A DNA stretch of 64,000 nt from Alloascoidea hylecoeti (GCA_001600815.1 BCKZ01000007.1:558001-622000); one strand, 5' to 3'; numbered from the stretch's first letter, positions 49,190-61,104 are shown. The notes: generated from the sequence alone by a model not told the origin. Numbers and translations: made by a program.

Positions 49190-49830
49190 AATAACCTATA
49201 GCAAAACCAAAAAGAGTACCCAGAAACAAGGGGCTCTAAGTTTAGACAAAAGCGCTATTCTACACGCTAGGCAATGTTTTATGAAAAAGGCTGCACTCGC
49301 CAGAACAGTACAGACTGGCCAGAAATTTTATGCCCAGAAAGCATGAGCTGAATTCTTGGAACTATAATAAGTGTCAAAGTCAGACATTGACCTCCAAAAA
49401 CATACTTGCTGGCTTCAAAAACAAAAAACAGGTATATCACTATTAAATACAGGAGAAGTCTTGAAGAAGTGCAGTGAGAAAAGATAATTAAACTGATTGA
49501 AAATACGTCCGTCGCATATGGAGAGGCCCTAAATAGGTTGAAGCGCAATATGTATGAAGTGGTTGGATGATTTTGTGGGAGAATATTCGATTTCTGATGA
49601 GAGGATTGCTTATCTGCTGCTATCGGCACTCCTTCATAAAAGTTCATACATGTACAAGATGCTGAGAGTGAAGCGAACACCTCAATACGCTGGAAAACTT
49701 GAATGTGCCATCTTCTAAAGTCAATGCAGGTGTGAGGATGAAACCACAGAAACGAATTACGATGCGAAGAATACGTATGTCTCCTTTACGAAATTACGAC
49801 GTATTCCACCTGCTGATTCATACTGATTTA
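49190..49830 (+). mobile_element. Possible decayed Ty1/copia-type gag fragment
   Basis: GC-richer, codon-like segment with stops and frameshifts; GEYSISDERIAYLLLSALL resembles the copia Gag helix motif; no LTR found. Confidence 0.3.
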
Positions 49831-50795
49831 TGACTGAACGACACCACATATTAATGCTTGTAGAGAAAATTTAAGGCATATCATGTGTAATTTAAGTAAT
49901 TTCGGGTTGAATAATTTTTATAGAACCATTTCAATTATATTTTTTATAGATTTGCAATTGAGGTTAGCTTAAAGATAAAGTTATAATGATCATGTAACAT
50001 GCGAACTCTATAAATTAATTTTTTTACCAGTGAACACTGAATATGACGAAGAACAAAAGCTAGTTATATATTATGTTCACTTGTTGGAGTACGAGACGCA
50101 TTGCAGTGCCAAGACCTCAAAAGTAATTAACAATTTGACATGCAAACTTATCATGAGGTGGTTAATCCAACGGCACCCCTTAACCCCCGTTGCTCATTAT
50201 TTTTGATTTTATACTGCTATATAACAGGTAGTCAAGTCGATGAGCGAATTATTGTAATTTTAGTCTATATTGAGTATTATTGATCCATTGAGGAACCAGG
50301 GTAATATGTATGTTATTGGATGCATGCGGCAATAAATGGAAAGCTAAGCTTTTCCGTCGAAACTTTAAATCTAAAATCCAAAAACTAATCACTAATTAAC
50401 TATGGCAAGTTTGCTTCTATTAAATAGTAAATAGTTGTGTTAGGATTATATTATAATTATCCTAAGATGAACCAAAGAATTTGTTTAAATTTGTAATAAA
50501 CAGATAAAATACGAGTTATAATTAATAGCATTAAAGATCAGGCATTGACAATTATTAGTAGTTTATGGTTTATAACTCACATAAACTTTCTAAAGCGTAT
50601 TCAACAGAGATATTATATAAACTTAAAGTCTACATTATATTTTGAATTCTCATTTGTTATTATTTATTGTTATATTTATTCAAATCGTCAATTAAAAGGC
50701 TCGGAGAGGAGACTAACAACAATCAGCTAGTTCAATATGAAATTTATATTTCGTAAATAATTATTACACCATGATGCGATACGCATGAGATAAGG

Positions 50796-50877
50796 CACGT
50801 GTTTGAGGGAAATATTTAAAAACGTGTGTAAAATCAAAAACATTATCAATCAATCAAAAAGGTTTTATAAACACGTG
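50796..50877. promoter_or_regulatory. Three Pho4-type boxes upstream of the SurE-like gene
   Basis: CACGTG at 50796 and 50872; AACGTG (reverse complement CACGTT) at 50821. Confidence 0.5.
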
Positions 50878-51108
50878 CGTGAGTGAACCTTATAATTATC
50901 AATATTTTTATTTCCAATGCAAATTGATCCGAAAAGTTATAAAGTATAATATTTACTTCTTATATAGAAGAGAAACCCCTGCAATTTCGTTTTGTCCCCG
51001 ATTGTCCTCATTTCCCCTTTAACATTGTATTTCTACTTACAACTCATATAATTAAAGGCTTGACTGCCCTCTACTACACATTTACACATTTGACAATCAG
51101 CATAATCC

Positions 51109-52131
51109 ATGAAACTTCATTATTTTAATCTTTTCAGCTTAGTTGCTGTTTATTTCCAAACAACATCTGCCTATAATATCCTTTTGACAAGTGAGGACTC
51201 TTGGGTTTCAACAAACTTACGTGCCACTTATCAGTCTCTTAAATCTGCAGGTCACAACGTTATAGTGTTGGCCCCCACGCGTTCATTTATGCCATTTCAA
51301 AACAAAATAAACGATGAAACTCTTACACAGGATGGGGAATTTCAATCTCTTAAAAAGGGGGAATGGTCATTTGGTCCAGACCCAGAAGATGATAATATTT
51401 GGTTTTTGGATGCTTCAGTGGTTGAATGTGTTCAGGTTGCTCTTGATGTGCTGATACCAGATATATTCAGTAATATAACAATAGATTTGGTCATTGCGGG
51501 TCCTAAAGCTGGTTCTACAGTAGGAGAATTCTCCCAAATTACTTCTCCTAGTTTACAGGCAGTTAAAACAGCTACTCTCAGGGGAATTCCTGCTATATCA
51601 GTTTCGGTAGCCTCAAGATCTCATACATATTATAAAAACAATTTAGGCATGGATCCTTTAAATCCATATAATATCTATGGTTCCAAATTAAATGAATTGA
51701 TTGGAATATTGTCAAATTCTGATGCTAAAACTACTGATATGAGACTATTACCAAAAGATGTTAGTCTCAATATTAATTTTCCAATAGTTGGTTATGAATC
51801 CCAGATTGGATGTTTAGCTCCTTCATTTGTAATGTCAAGGTCAAGAGGTGGATATAGCATATCACCAAAATACTATTATGATGAAGAAGAAGGAAAATTA
51901 TTTTCAAAAACATCTTTCGAAAATATGGAAGATGATTGTATTACAAACGGAGGAAATGTGAAAGGACAAAAAGAAGATCAGAGTAAAACAAGATGTCAAT
52001 ATCCTGCAGAAATAAGCCTTATGGAACGATGTGCTATTTCAATTACACCATTAACCACGAATTCGGACACGTATGAGGATTTGTCTTATCTTTTGCATCC
52101 AAAGAAGCAAGTACTTGTCAATGAGTATTAG
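51109..52131 (+). CDS. Secreted SurE-family acid phosphatase-like protein with degenerate active site
   Basis: Signal peptide; NILLTSEDSW, GHNVIVLAP, IDLVIAGP, RGIPAISVS, LNINFP, ISITPL. Confidence 0.85.
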   Translation: MKLHYFNLFSLVAVYFQTTSAYNILLTSEDSWVSTNLRATYQSLKSAGHNVIVLAPTRSFMPFQNKINDETLTQDGEFQSLKKGEWSFGPDPEDDNIWFLDASVVECVQVALDVLIPDIFSNITIDLVIAGPKAGSTVGEFSQITSPSLQAVKTATLRGIPAISVSVASRSHTYYKNNLGMDPLNPYNIYGSKLNELIGILSNSDAKTTDMRLLPKDVSLNINFPIVGYESQIGCLAPSFVMSRSRGGYSISPKYYYDEEEGKLFSKTSFENMEDDCITNGGNVKGQKEDQSKTRCQYPAEISLMERCAISITPLTTNSDTYEDLSYLLHPKKQVLVNEY

Positions 52132-52132
52132 C

Positions 52133-52250
52133 TAATAATAAATGATTGTATACATTATATTTTGTCTTACGAGGTTAGTAAATGATTGTAATATTTGTCT
52201 TACGAAGTTAATTAATAATAAATGAATGTAATATTTTTTCTTGAGAAGCT
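52133..52250. repeat. Three imperfect ~32-40 bp tandem repeats just after the SurE-like stop
   Basis: TAAATGA(T/A)TGTA...ATATTT(T)GTCTTACGA(G/A)GTTA units. Confidence 0.7.
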
Positions 52251-52979
52251 GATAATTGCTGCTAGAATGCTATATAATTAATGATGATAAGTCAAAGCTA
52301 ATACAATTGTAAATGAGAAAATTTATTGACGCTGAGAATTTTCAGGTCGAATATTGTGATTATATCTGATATTCAAGCATGAGGCTAAAAGGTCGATATA
52401 GAAATCACCGTCGCCGATGTTCAGACAGAGGTCCGCCCTGATTAAGGTATTTTATAATTATATACACAGTCAGTTGGGAAAACTGTCGTCAGAAAACCAC
52501 CGATAGCTGGTCCATCTATCCACATTAGGATTGTATGATTAAGCTTATATAAGCAAGTAAATAATTAATAGTGAGCAGCACGGAGTACGCTCGGGTAGGA
52601 TTATGTAGGTGGAAGAAAAATGAAAATAAAATGTGATCGGAAATAGCTTCCAGGAATTTAGTAAAACGTTCAAGTTTTGTTGAAACGGTAATATTAATGG
52701 TGACCGAGGACAACCCATAGTCACATGCAATATTGCAGCCAGGCCGGAAGGTAAAAATTACGTTTGTAGTAGAGCCGTTGGAGGAGAAACTAAACCGAAA
52801 ACACCATTGTTGGAGGCAGTTTTGGGAGTTTTGAAGATTCTAGTTCGCCCGGGTCTCCATGCAACACAAACCTAGCGTTGTGATGTGAGAAGTATGCAGC
52901 TGTGCAGAATATACATAGTTACCCTACTTGATACAAACCTTCTCCTTATCGACAAGTCCATCAATACTTACCCAATAAA

Positions 52980-55153
52980 ATGAGTTCTCCTAACAAACAT
53001 CCAAGGTATAAGCAGATAAAGCACAAAAATTCTCCATCGAGCACTCCACCATGGAGCTTCAATCTTGACAATTTTCCCCCTATGTTTACTTCTCAACCCA
53101 CTTCACCTGCCAAAACTGATGACCTCTCTCCTACTAAATCTTCACAATCTCCATTTTCCAAACTAGACAAACAAATTGAATTTGGTAAGACCAGTTTTGG
53201 TGTCGTTAAATCATCCGTAATTACAAAAAATGAAATAGAATCTTTGCAGAAGAATTCAATGGCCCATTTTGAATTATATTCTAAATCTAATAAACTTACT
53301 GGTATTGAAAAGGAGAAACAGAAAGATATTTTTGTAGATCTAGACCTTAAATTAAATCTTCGTAAAGATTCTAATAGTAATAACAATAATAATAATAGTA
53401 ATGGGTTAACTGACGATGACAAAGTAACAGAAGAAACAAAGAAAAAAAGTAATATTAATGAAAACTATGGAAGTGAAATAAATACTGGCTCTGATGAATC
53501 TCTAGTAATTGTTACTAAATCTAACTGTAGTCAGGATACCGCTACTGCTGATCACAACTCCAAAAATTCTTCCATGGAAACAGCCAAAACATCTCCAGAA
53601 GAAATGTATACAGAATCAAAATTAGAGGAACAGTCCAAAGATCAGGAAACTGCGTCAATGACATCTAAATCTCCCCTGAATTCAAATTCTCCAATATCAG
53701 ATCAGTGTGTGAACTTAGAGAAAGACACCAAAGCTGTACAAGAAAAAGACACTCATATTGGAAATGATGTCAATTTAGTTCAAGTCTCAACATCTCAGAA
53801 GGATAAAGTAGAAAATAACAAGAAACAGAAACAGGGAAAGAATGACATTATTGGGTCCAGCGATGTTATGTCCAGCGATGTTAAGATTGAAATAAATACT
53901 AAGAATGTATCAATTTCTGAGAATACTAATATCTCAAAGGAAAATGTGTCAAATTCCCAGGGAGAAATCAATGAAATGGGTGCAGATATTAATTCTCAGG
54001 TATCATCTTCTACCAATGATCAAGAAACAAAAGAAAACTCAAAAGAAACTTCTAAATCAGTTGCTGAAACTGATAAACCCCTTATTCCAACTAAGACGGA
54101 AGATGTAGTTAATAAAAAAATCAACTTTATTTCACCAACCGACATAATCAAAAATCTTGAGGAAGTTAGATATCCAGAATTAAGCAAAAATGTAAACATT
54201 TACTCTACAAGATTTATAGTATAAGCTTATACATCCTGAAATTATAACTAACAAATCCTATTTTAGATTGTAGAACAACAACTTGAAAAACTATACTATG
54301 ATATGGAAGCAGAATTTAATTTGGTGAGTAATTTAAAATATCTATTCTTAACCTCACAATTATTAACTCTTCACAATATAGGTGAACAGTAACAGCGACC
54401 GTTTTGATTTATTTGTCATGAAAAATAAATTATTTCATAAAGGAATTGATATTATTCCTTCTCGAATTGAAACCTTACAGAATGATGTTGATGTTAAAAT
54501 AATGTTACTTATCGATCAAGAAGACAGAGCCCAATATTTTTCACAACAAGTTCAAAAGAGTAAGCGGCAATATTAATATGGGCATGATGCCTATATGTTT
54601 TTTTTAGACCAATTCGTTAACAATACAATCTCAAATATAGTATGTGAGAAGCAAGCATTAGCTCAACTCATAGCTAATAGTACCAAAGCTGGTGATAAAA
54701 CCCCACAATTATCACCATACATATTGGATTTACAAAAGACAATAACAAAAAATAAAGAGGTATGAAATACATTAAACTTGCATTCAATTAATTCAAAGAT
54801 ACTTTTTATACTAACAATTTTTATTTTCTAAGACACTTGAAAAATCTCTTGGGATAGCAGAATCTGATATAAACGCTCTCAAATTAACAGTAAAGGAATC
54901 CATTTCTAGGGATAGATCATTCAAATCCATTAAAAAATCAATTAATCTTGTTTCGGATGATTTAAAAGAAAAACTCAGGGAAGTTGAGTCATTAAATAAC
55001 GAATTAGAAATGTTGGTGAGGATGTTGAAAGATAATCCCAACTATAATAAGCAAGAGAAAAAGAAAATTTTATTTAATTTGAATGACAAGAAAAGAGAAG
55101 GAAGGATTGCACTTGCTAAACTTTTGAGATCCAAACATAGTAGCGTGGTTTAA
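52980..55153 (+). CDS. Hypothetical ~648-aa protein, disordered N-terminus and coiled-coil C-terminus; exons 52980-54218, 54267-54323, 54382-54559, 54608-54759, 54833-55153
   Basis: Four GT-AG introns, most with a recognisable branch motif, join all segments in frame with consistent phases. Confidence 0.7.
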
Positions 55154-55470
55154 ATATATATATTTTTCTTTAATTATTATGGTTTATGGTTTATGATTTG
55201 GTGATTCATTAGTTAGATATGAAATATATGTTATTTGTGTTATATGCAGACGTTACCGTGATCATTTACTGAGGGAATGTATTCAAATCCATCTTCTACC
55301 CTATCATCTTCAGATTCCTCTGATAGATTCAATGGAATAAAATCATCTCTATTTACTTATTACAATTTATGTGAGAAACATTACCCTGCCATTAAGTACG
55401 CTATCAAATCAAAAACCTTTCAAACACATAATTTGAAACTTAAAGTATATCCAAATAATTATAGAAGAAG

Positions 55471-55936
55471 ATGAGCGACTTAACTACAGAAGCCCTTTCA
55501 CAGCTGGATGATTCCTCAAAGAAGGAGATTATGCAATGGGTTGAAGTTGAAAACTCCAAGGCAAAAGTTCGAACGTGTATGTTTACGCAAACCAATATTT
55601 GAATTTGGTAGAAGCATTAGCTAACCATTTTCATGTTAGCAATTCATAATTTCACTGATATGTGCTTCAAAAAATGTATCAATAAAGTTGATTCCTCGAC
55701 TTTGAACAGAAAAGAAGAAGATTGTAAGTTCAACATCTAACAATATCGTCAAAACTATAACAGTACAATACTCACCTGTTTATTTATTATCACTAGGTCT
55801 TCAAAATTGTTTGAATGCATTTTTAGATGTTAATATTCAAGTCCTCAAAAAGTATGTTCTTTTCAAAAATTCATTTAAATTTTATATAAATCACTAATCG
55901 TTTTTGGTTTGTAGTATTCAACAACAAAAATTTTAA
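55471..55936 (+). CDS. TIM8: Small Tim chaperone Tim8; exons 55471-55576, 55640-55723, 55797-55851, 55915-55936
   Basis: Spliced LDDSSKKEIMQWVEVENSKAKVRTSIHNFTDMCFKKC...EEDCLQNCLNAFLDVN with twin CX3C; not in ORF track. Confidence 0.93.
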
Positions 55937-56133
55937 GGAGATCTAGTTAAAGAGCTAGTCAAAATTAAAATTTTAAAGTGATATGTGTATATAGGAGAAA
56001 CTGTTATTTTTTGATACAGTTTATCATTTGAATATGTATTTATTTACTTATTTCCCGTTCTTCAAAACTGCATATATATAGTTAATGTTGGAGGGTTAGA
56101 TAATTACATTAGATAAAAAAAATACTATGTTAA

Positions 56134-57138
56134 TCAAACAGACAATTTTACCAATCCATCTACTACTCGATCTCTTGTATCAGAACTTGCTGGATTAGAA
56201 CCTGATAAGTAATGTAAAAACAAGATTTTTGTGACTGGATTAATATCCACAGAACCTAAGCGACTGGCTTTTTTCTTGTTTCCTTCACTTTTCGAATCAT
56301 AATATATAAAATCCAGTCTACCATCACCTAACCTTTCTAAAGACAAGATGTGACCTTTTGGAACACTTCCCTTTACGCTTCCAAATGCTGACCGTAGTCC
56401 ATCAAGTCCAACTGCAATAATTTCTGATTCTTTTGGATCTTTTGTTTTAGAAGCCGGATGAGCTAAAGTTGAACGAACAAATCCATCTCTTAAATGATTA
56501 AAATCTGTATTACGAACAGGAACAATTCTAATAAGAATTCTTGCGCCTGAATCTAATAAATTTCCCATTAAAACACTACCCAATTGAGGATCTAACAAAG
56601 CCCTTCGAAGTTTTTCTTCATGAGTTAATGAATCTGATTCAGATTGTGATGTATTACTATTAATTAATGCTGTTAAATATTTTGAATCAAGAACCATTGG
56701 AACAAGTGCTTTATCATCTTTTGCAATGTAGACACCACAAGCATATACTTTAAATTTTATAAAAGTGACATATCGGCTTCCATATCCTAATAATTCGTAT
56801 GTTGTGTTCAATTGGTCATCTTTAAGGGTAAGAGGGAACGGTCCAACGCCTTTATCGACTATCACTGAATCAGTTACTTCAACGGACTGTTGTTCATTTT
56901 TCAGGGGTGATTCAGAAAGGAATATTTTATTAGAGTCCGAAGAGAGAACGGATGCGGTTGAAAGACCAAAAACAACACCGACGGAGACAATAAGAAAGGA
57001 CTGATATCCTGTAAAGTGGGGTGATCCTACCAAAGAACGATTGATGACTTTTTGACCAGTGGTAAAAGCCTTCTTCGATACCTGGGATCTGAATAGATTT
57101 AAAGAGTTTTTGATTATTGAACCTTTAAGGGTGAACAT
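56134..57138 (-). CDS. AIM18: Mitochondrial chalcone-isomerase-fold protein (Aim18/Aim46 family)
   Basis: Presequence; LLGYGSRYVTFIKFKVYACGVY, RIVPVRNTDFNHLRDG, LFLHYLSG. Confidence 0.8.
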   Translation of the reverse strand: MFTLKGSIIKNSLNLFRSQVSKKAFTTGQKVINRSLVGSPHFTGYQSFLIVSVGVVFGLSTASVLSSDSNKIFLSESPLKNEQQSVEVTDSVIVDKGVGPFPLTLKDDQLNTTYELLGYGSRYVTFIKFKVYACGVYIAKDDKALVPMVLDSKYLTALINSNTSQSESDSLTHEEKLRRALLDPQLGSVLMGNLLDSGARILIRIVPVRNTDFNHLRDGFVRSTLAHPASKTKDPKESEIIAVGLDGLRSAFGSVKGSVPKGHILSLERLGDGRLDFIYYDSKSEGNKKKASRLGSVDINPVTKILFLHYLSGSNPASSDTRDRVVDGLVKLSV

Positions 57139-57523
57139 ATTACTATAAATATAGGCTATAATTGGGAGTTGAGTTCAAGAGATTTAAAGGATGTTTTCTT
57201 ACTTTATAAGCTTCTACAGGTAATCAATTACAAATCTTTTCATTATCCTGATCCAAATATTATCTAAATTTCCTCTAGCTATATTCTCCTGATATTCTCT
57301 TTCTTGATGAGCTCTCCTCGTATTTGAATTTGAATCGAAAGATATATTTCTACAAACACCGTATGTCCAGGCTACTCGAAGAAACTGTCATACTGGAACA
57401 CCCAAAATTTTTACAATTCAACTACTAATTGCAAAGTCATCAACAAATAGAATTTATTACAAACAGTATAACTTAAATCTACTTAATCTCATAATTCTGA
57501 TGATATATCTTCACTATTTTTTT

Positions 57524-57539
57524 TGTGTGTGTGTGTGTG
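57524..57539. repeat. (TG)n microsatellite after a T-run
   Basis: TGTGTGTGTGTGTGTG. Confidence 0.8.
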
Positions 57540-57835
57540 ATAACGCAGATTGCTTATTGTAGTCTTCATCACTGGCCGAAAGGTTAATTTGTCAACATTA
57601 ATATTCAGTTCAATATTTTGAATGCGTCTAAAGTTTTAACTTTAAATAAAAGGTGTATAAAATATAAAGGAAGTCTAGTGTTAAAAAGGAGTAAAAACAC
57701 AATGGCAAGAGTCAAAAAAAATAATAATAGGATGTTATATGAAGAAATTTAAATCTAAAAACAGCAAAAACAAATAGAGATATCGGCGTGATATTATGTT
57801 TGCGATAAAAAATCAATCAGTCATCTTTTTATTAT

Positions 57836-57947
57836 GATTATTATTTTTATTATTCTTATTTTTATTAATATTCTTATTTTTATTTTTATTTTTATTTTTA
57901 TTTTTATTATTATTAATATTCTTATTCTTATTTTTATATTAATATTC

Positions 57948-57997
<50 letters not shown>
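57836..57997. repeat. Compound (TTA/TTT/TTC)n microsatellite in the NMD5 3' region
   Basis: Degenerate then perfect (TTA)n run; produces the spurious poly-I/F/L ORF 57834-58097. Confidence 0.9.
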
Positions 57998-58017
57998 GGT
58001 TTTTTTTAAGAAAAAAA

Positions 58018-61000
58018 TTAATTTGTTTCTTCTGAATCAGCAAGTTGCATCAATTGTTCAATCATATTACAAGTCTCAGAATCAAGGCCAGAAATAAGTT
58101 TTTGATATTTACTTGCATCACTTTGTTGAAGACCTAGCATTGTATGTTTTAAAACAGAAAAGAATTTGATTTCATCAATTGGTGTATTTTCCAATGGATC
58201 ATCATCCAATTCTTCATCTTCTTCATCATAATATCCAAAAGTCTTCTCATTTAATTTATCACTTTCTGAAGTTAAAAATTCCATATATTCTCTAGCCTCT
58301 TCATCATTAACATCATCATCTTCATCTTCATTGTCATCATCATCATCAAAATTATTACGTCCAGTAAATAATTCTCCATCTTCATCAAGTAATCCACTTT
58401 CAAATTTCTTCTTCTTTTCATCAAGATTTTTAATTGCACTAGGTAATAATTTTAAAACTTGACCTAAACCTTTACCAATTTGATCAATTGATCCTAAAAC
58501 TTGTCCATCAGGTAATCTTAAAATTTCTAAAAGAGCTAAAGCAGATAATTTCAAATCATAAACTCTTGTCAAAGTTGGTAATGATTGAAACCAAAAATTA
58601 AAAAATTCAGTAACAAAAGATTCTTGTGTTAAAACTTGTAATGTTGCAGTTGGATTATAATAAATTGAAGAAATAATAACATCTAATAAATTTGTACGAT
58701 AATTAATATTTTTCAAAGCTGATTCAGAATCATTTTTAAATCGATAAATAACTAATCCTAAGAAAGTTGGAATATGTTTCCCAGCAGTATCACCAAGAGA
58801 TAAAATAACAGTTTGGGCTAAATTGCAAGCCATTGCTCTTTCCATTAATGATAATTGATCATCTTTTTCAGGTGATAAAGTAGTTGTAACAACATTTGTA
58901 AAAACTTCAACATACTGAGGTAATGATTTTAATTCTTCCCTACCATACATTAAATAATTATGAAATGCAGGTAAAATATCATCTAATTCCATTTCATGTT
59001 CAGTATAAGCAAAATGAATTTGTTCAAGAATTTTCCACATTATTGGAGTAATTCTACTTAATGCAAAAGTTGTATTTTCAATAATTTCACCAACTTCATT
59101 AAAATAAATTGATAAACCATTTTCAAAAACTAATGATATTGCTGGGGCTAAAATTTCTTCCAATTGTTGAACAATTTCAACGGAATTTTCCAAAGATAAT
59201 AGTAAAGTAACAATATTGTTCAATATACCTAAAGCAGCCATTTGCTTATCAACAACAGCATTATCGGGATCATCCAATTCATCAACATTTTTGTCAGCTT
59301 CAATTAATTCATTTGCAATTCTAATGAATTGTTGAGTTAATCTACCACCAAGTTCAACACTAAAAGGACTCAATTGTTCGGCAAATGTATCAACAAATTC
59401 ATCCATAACACCAGAAAGAGCATCCATATCAATACTATTTGTTAAATCAATTAATTTTTGCATTATTTCAGGTACTCGAGTAGAAATTCCAGCATTTATT
59501 TCTTCTCTTGCAATTAAAGGTTGTAAAGCTAAAGCAGCTTCTAATCTAACGGGTAAATATTTATCATCAAGACTTTGTAAAGAACCTTGTAACATGATTG
59601 ATAAATTATTAATATCTTTAAAATCAGTTTCAACAAATCTACAAGAAACTTCACAAGCTCTTGCTCTTAAAAATCCAAATTGACTTTGAAAATCTGGAAA
59701 AATATAAGAAGTTAAGAAAGATTCAATCATATTTGAAATTGGACTCTTTGGACCAGTTAAAACATGAGAAATGTTACTCATCATTCTTAATACTGCTTCT
59801 TTTTGTTTTGCAAGTTGTAATGAAGGATTTGAATTATAAGAATCAAGAATACCATTAATAAATTGTAAAAGTGGTTGTAAAGTAGATTTTGATCTTTTAC
59901 TAACTAGAGTATAAACAAAATTAATTGCAGCCATATCAGGAGAATTACTAATTTCGTAAACATCAAATAAACGATGAACATATTCTTCTGGTTCATCTTC
60001 AAATGATTCTAATAATTCTTCCGATGGAATTAAAAGAGGGAAAACAACAGCAGAAATAACAGCATTAATATGAGGCTTTAATAATAACCAAGTTGATTTT
60101 TGTTTAATACAAACTTCTAAAAATCCTAATAAATGATAAATACAAGGACCACTTAACCAAATCTTTTTATTTACCCAACCATCAATTTGTTGAAAATAAA
60201 CTTGTAAGATTTGAGGTACAAAATTATGATTAAATAATTTTAAAAAATTAATATATTCATTTTTGGAACCTTTTGCTGGTATAGCATATTTTGTAAATAA
60301 TCTTTGAAGATTGAAAAAAGCCCATTTTTTACATTTAGACCATGGATTTGTTAGTCTATCACTTTCAGGAATTGCCAAGACATCAGGAGGGTACTCTTTT
60401 TGAATAACACTTAAATGAAGAGTACCCCAATCTATTAAAGATTGTGATTCTTGCAATGGGATAGGTAAATCAAAGTAAACAGCAAATTTATAAATTTTCA
60501 GGACAAATTTCAACATTTCACCAGCTTCATTACTTGTTTCATTAAGTAAAGAATGACCAATTGAATGAATTCTTGGGAAAGCGCCAATGATGAGTTTATC
60601 TAAAACAGGTCTATCTTTATTTTCAACCCATCTATAAATTTTAGCAATTTCTGCCATTATCAATAAACCAGTTGATACGGCTTGTAAATCTGAGCCATTC
60701 AATAGATTAAGAGCAACGTCATATAGCTGAGGCCATTCAGAAGGGAAATCTGAGCTGATAATGGCACCTAGAGCAGCAATCAGCTGTGGTTTAATATGAG
60801 GAGAGACGGAAATAATAGCAGGTATTATACGTTCTCTTATTAAAGGTTTTTCATCATGATCAACAGTTGAACTTGAAGTAGATTCAGAGGGTTTCCAATT
60901 TCTTGAGATTTTGTTCTTAACATAGATCGCAGCAGCACTTTTAACAGCCTGATCGATTTCATTTGCTAACATAATATCAAGACATGCACCAAGAAAGCCT

Positions 61001-61104
61001 GGGACTTTTTCAGCTTCTCGTAGTTGCAATTCTGCATTTGTTCTGACATTTGGATCAGGTTGTAAAGAAGCCTGGAAACAGGTATGAAGTTGAGTTGGAT
61101 CCAT
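58018..61104 (-). CDS. NMD5: Importin-7/8 family karyopherin (Nmd5/Sxm1-like)
   Basis: IBN_N start (AELQLREAEKVPGFL...AAAIYVKNKISRNW), PWSKCKKWA, GFLRARAC, PVRLEAALAL, RVYDLKLS, acidic tail. Confidence 0.85.
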   Translation of the reverse strand: MDPTQLHTCFQASLQPDPNVRTNAELQLREAEKVPGFLGACLDIMLANEIDQAVKSAAAIYVKNKISRNWKPSESTSSSTVDHDEKPLIRERIIPAIISVSPHIKPQLIAALGAIISSDFPSEWPQLYDVALNLLNGSDLQAVSTGLLIMAEIAKIYRWVENKDRPVLDKLIIGAFPRIHSIGHSLLNETSNEAGEMLKFVLKIYKFAVYFDLPIPLQESQSLIDWGTLHLSVIQKEYPPDVLAIPESDRLTNPWSKCKKWAFFNLQRLFTKYAIPAKGSKNEYINFLKLFNHNFVPQILQVYFQQIDGWVNKKIWLSGPCIYHLLGFLEVCIKQKSTWLLLKPHINAVISAVVFPLLIPSEELLESFEDEPEEYVHRLFDVYEISNSPDMAAINFVYTLVSKRSKSTLQPLLQFINGILDSYNSNPSLQLAKQKEAVLRMMSNISHVLTGPKSPISNMIESFLTSYIFPDFQSQFGFLRARACEVSCRFVETDFKDINNLSIMLQGSLQSLDDKYLPVRLEAALALQPLIAREEINAGISTRVPEIMQKLIDLTNSIDMDALSGVMDEFVDTFAEQLSPFSVELGGRLTQQFIRIANELIEADKNVDELDDPDNAVVDKQMAALGILNNIVTLLLSLENSVEIVQQLEEILAPAISLVFENGLSIYFNEVGEIIENTTFALSRITPIMWKILEQIHFAYTEHEMELDDILPAFHNYLMYGREELKSLPQYVEVFTNVVTTTLSPEKDDQLSLMERAMACNLAQTVILSLGDTAGKHIPTFLGLVIYRFKNDSESALKNINYRTNLLDVIISSIYYNPTATLQVLTQESFVTEFFNFWFQSLPTLTRVYDLKLSALALLEILRLPDGQVLGSIDQIGKGLGQVLKLLPSAIKNLDEKKKKFESGLLDEDGELFTGRNNFDDDDDNEDEDDDVNDEEAREYMEFLTSESDKLNEKTFGYYDEEDEELDDDPLENTPIDEIKFFSVLKHTMLGLQQSDASKYQKLISGLDSETCNMIEQLMQLADSEETN

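Noticed and set aside
55277..55474. 65-aa ORF whose stop overlaps the TIM8 ATG (ATGA)
   Set aside because: Spans the probable TIM8 promoter and has no homology cues; likely chance
57361..57600. Intron-like GTATGT..TACTAAT..TAG and a weak hairpin ending in ACA (H/ACA snoRNA-like)
   Set aside because: Stems depend on G-U pairs, and no convincing H box or rRNA guide; an Infernal/snoGPS search would be needed
57834..58097. Poly-Ile/Phe/Leu ORF
   Set aside because: Translation of a (TTA)n microsatellite
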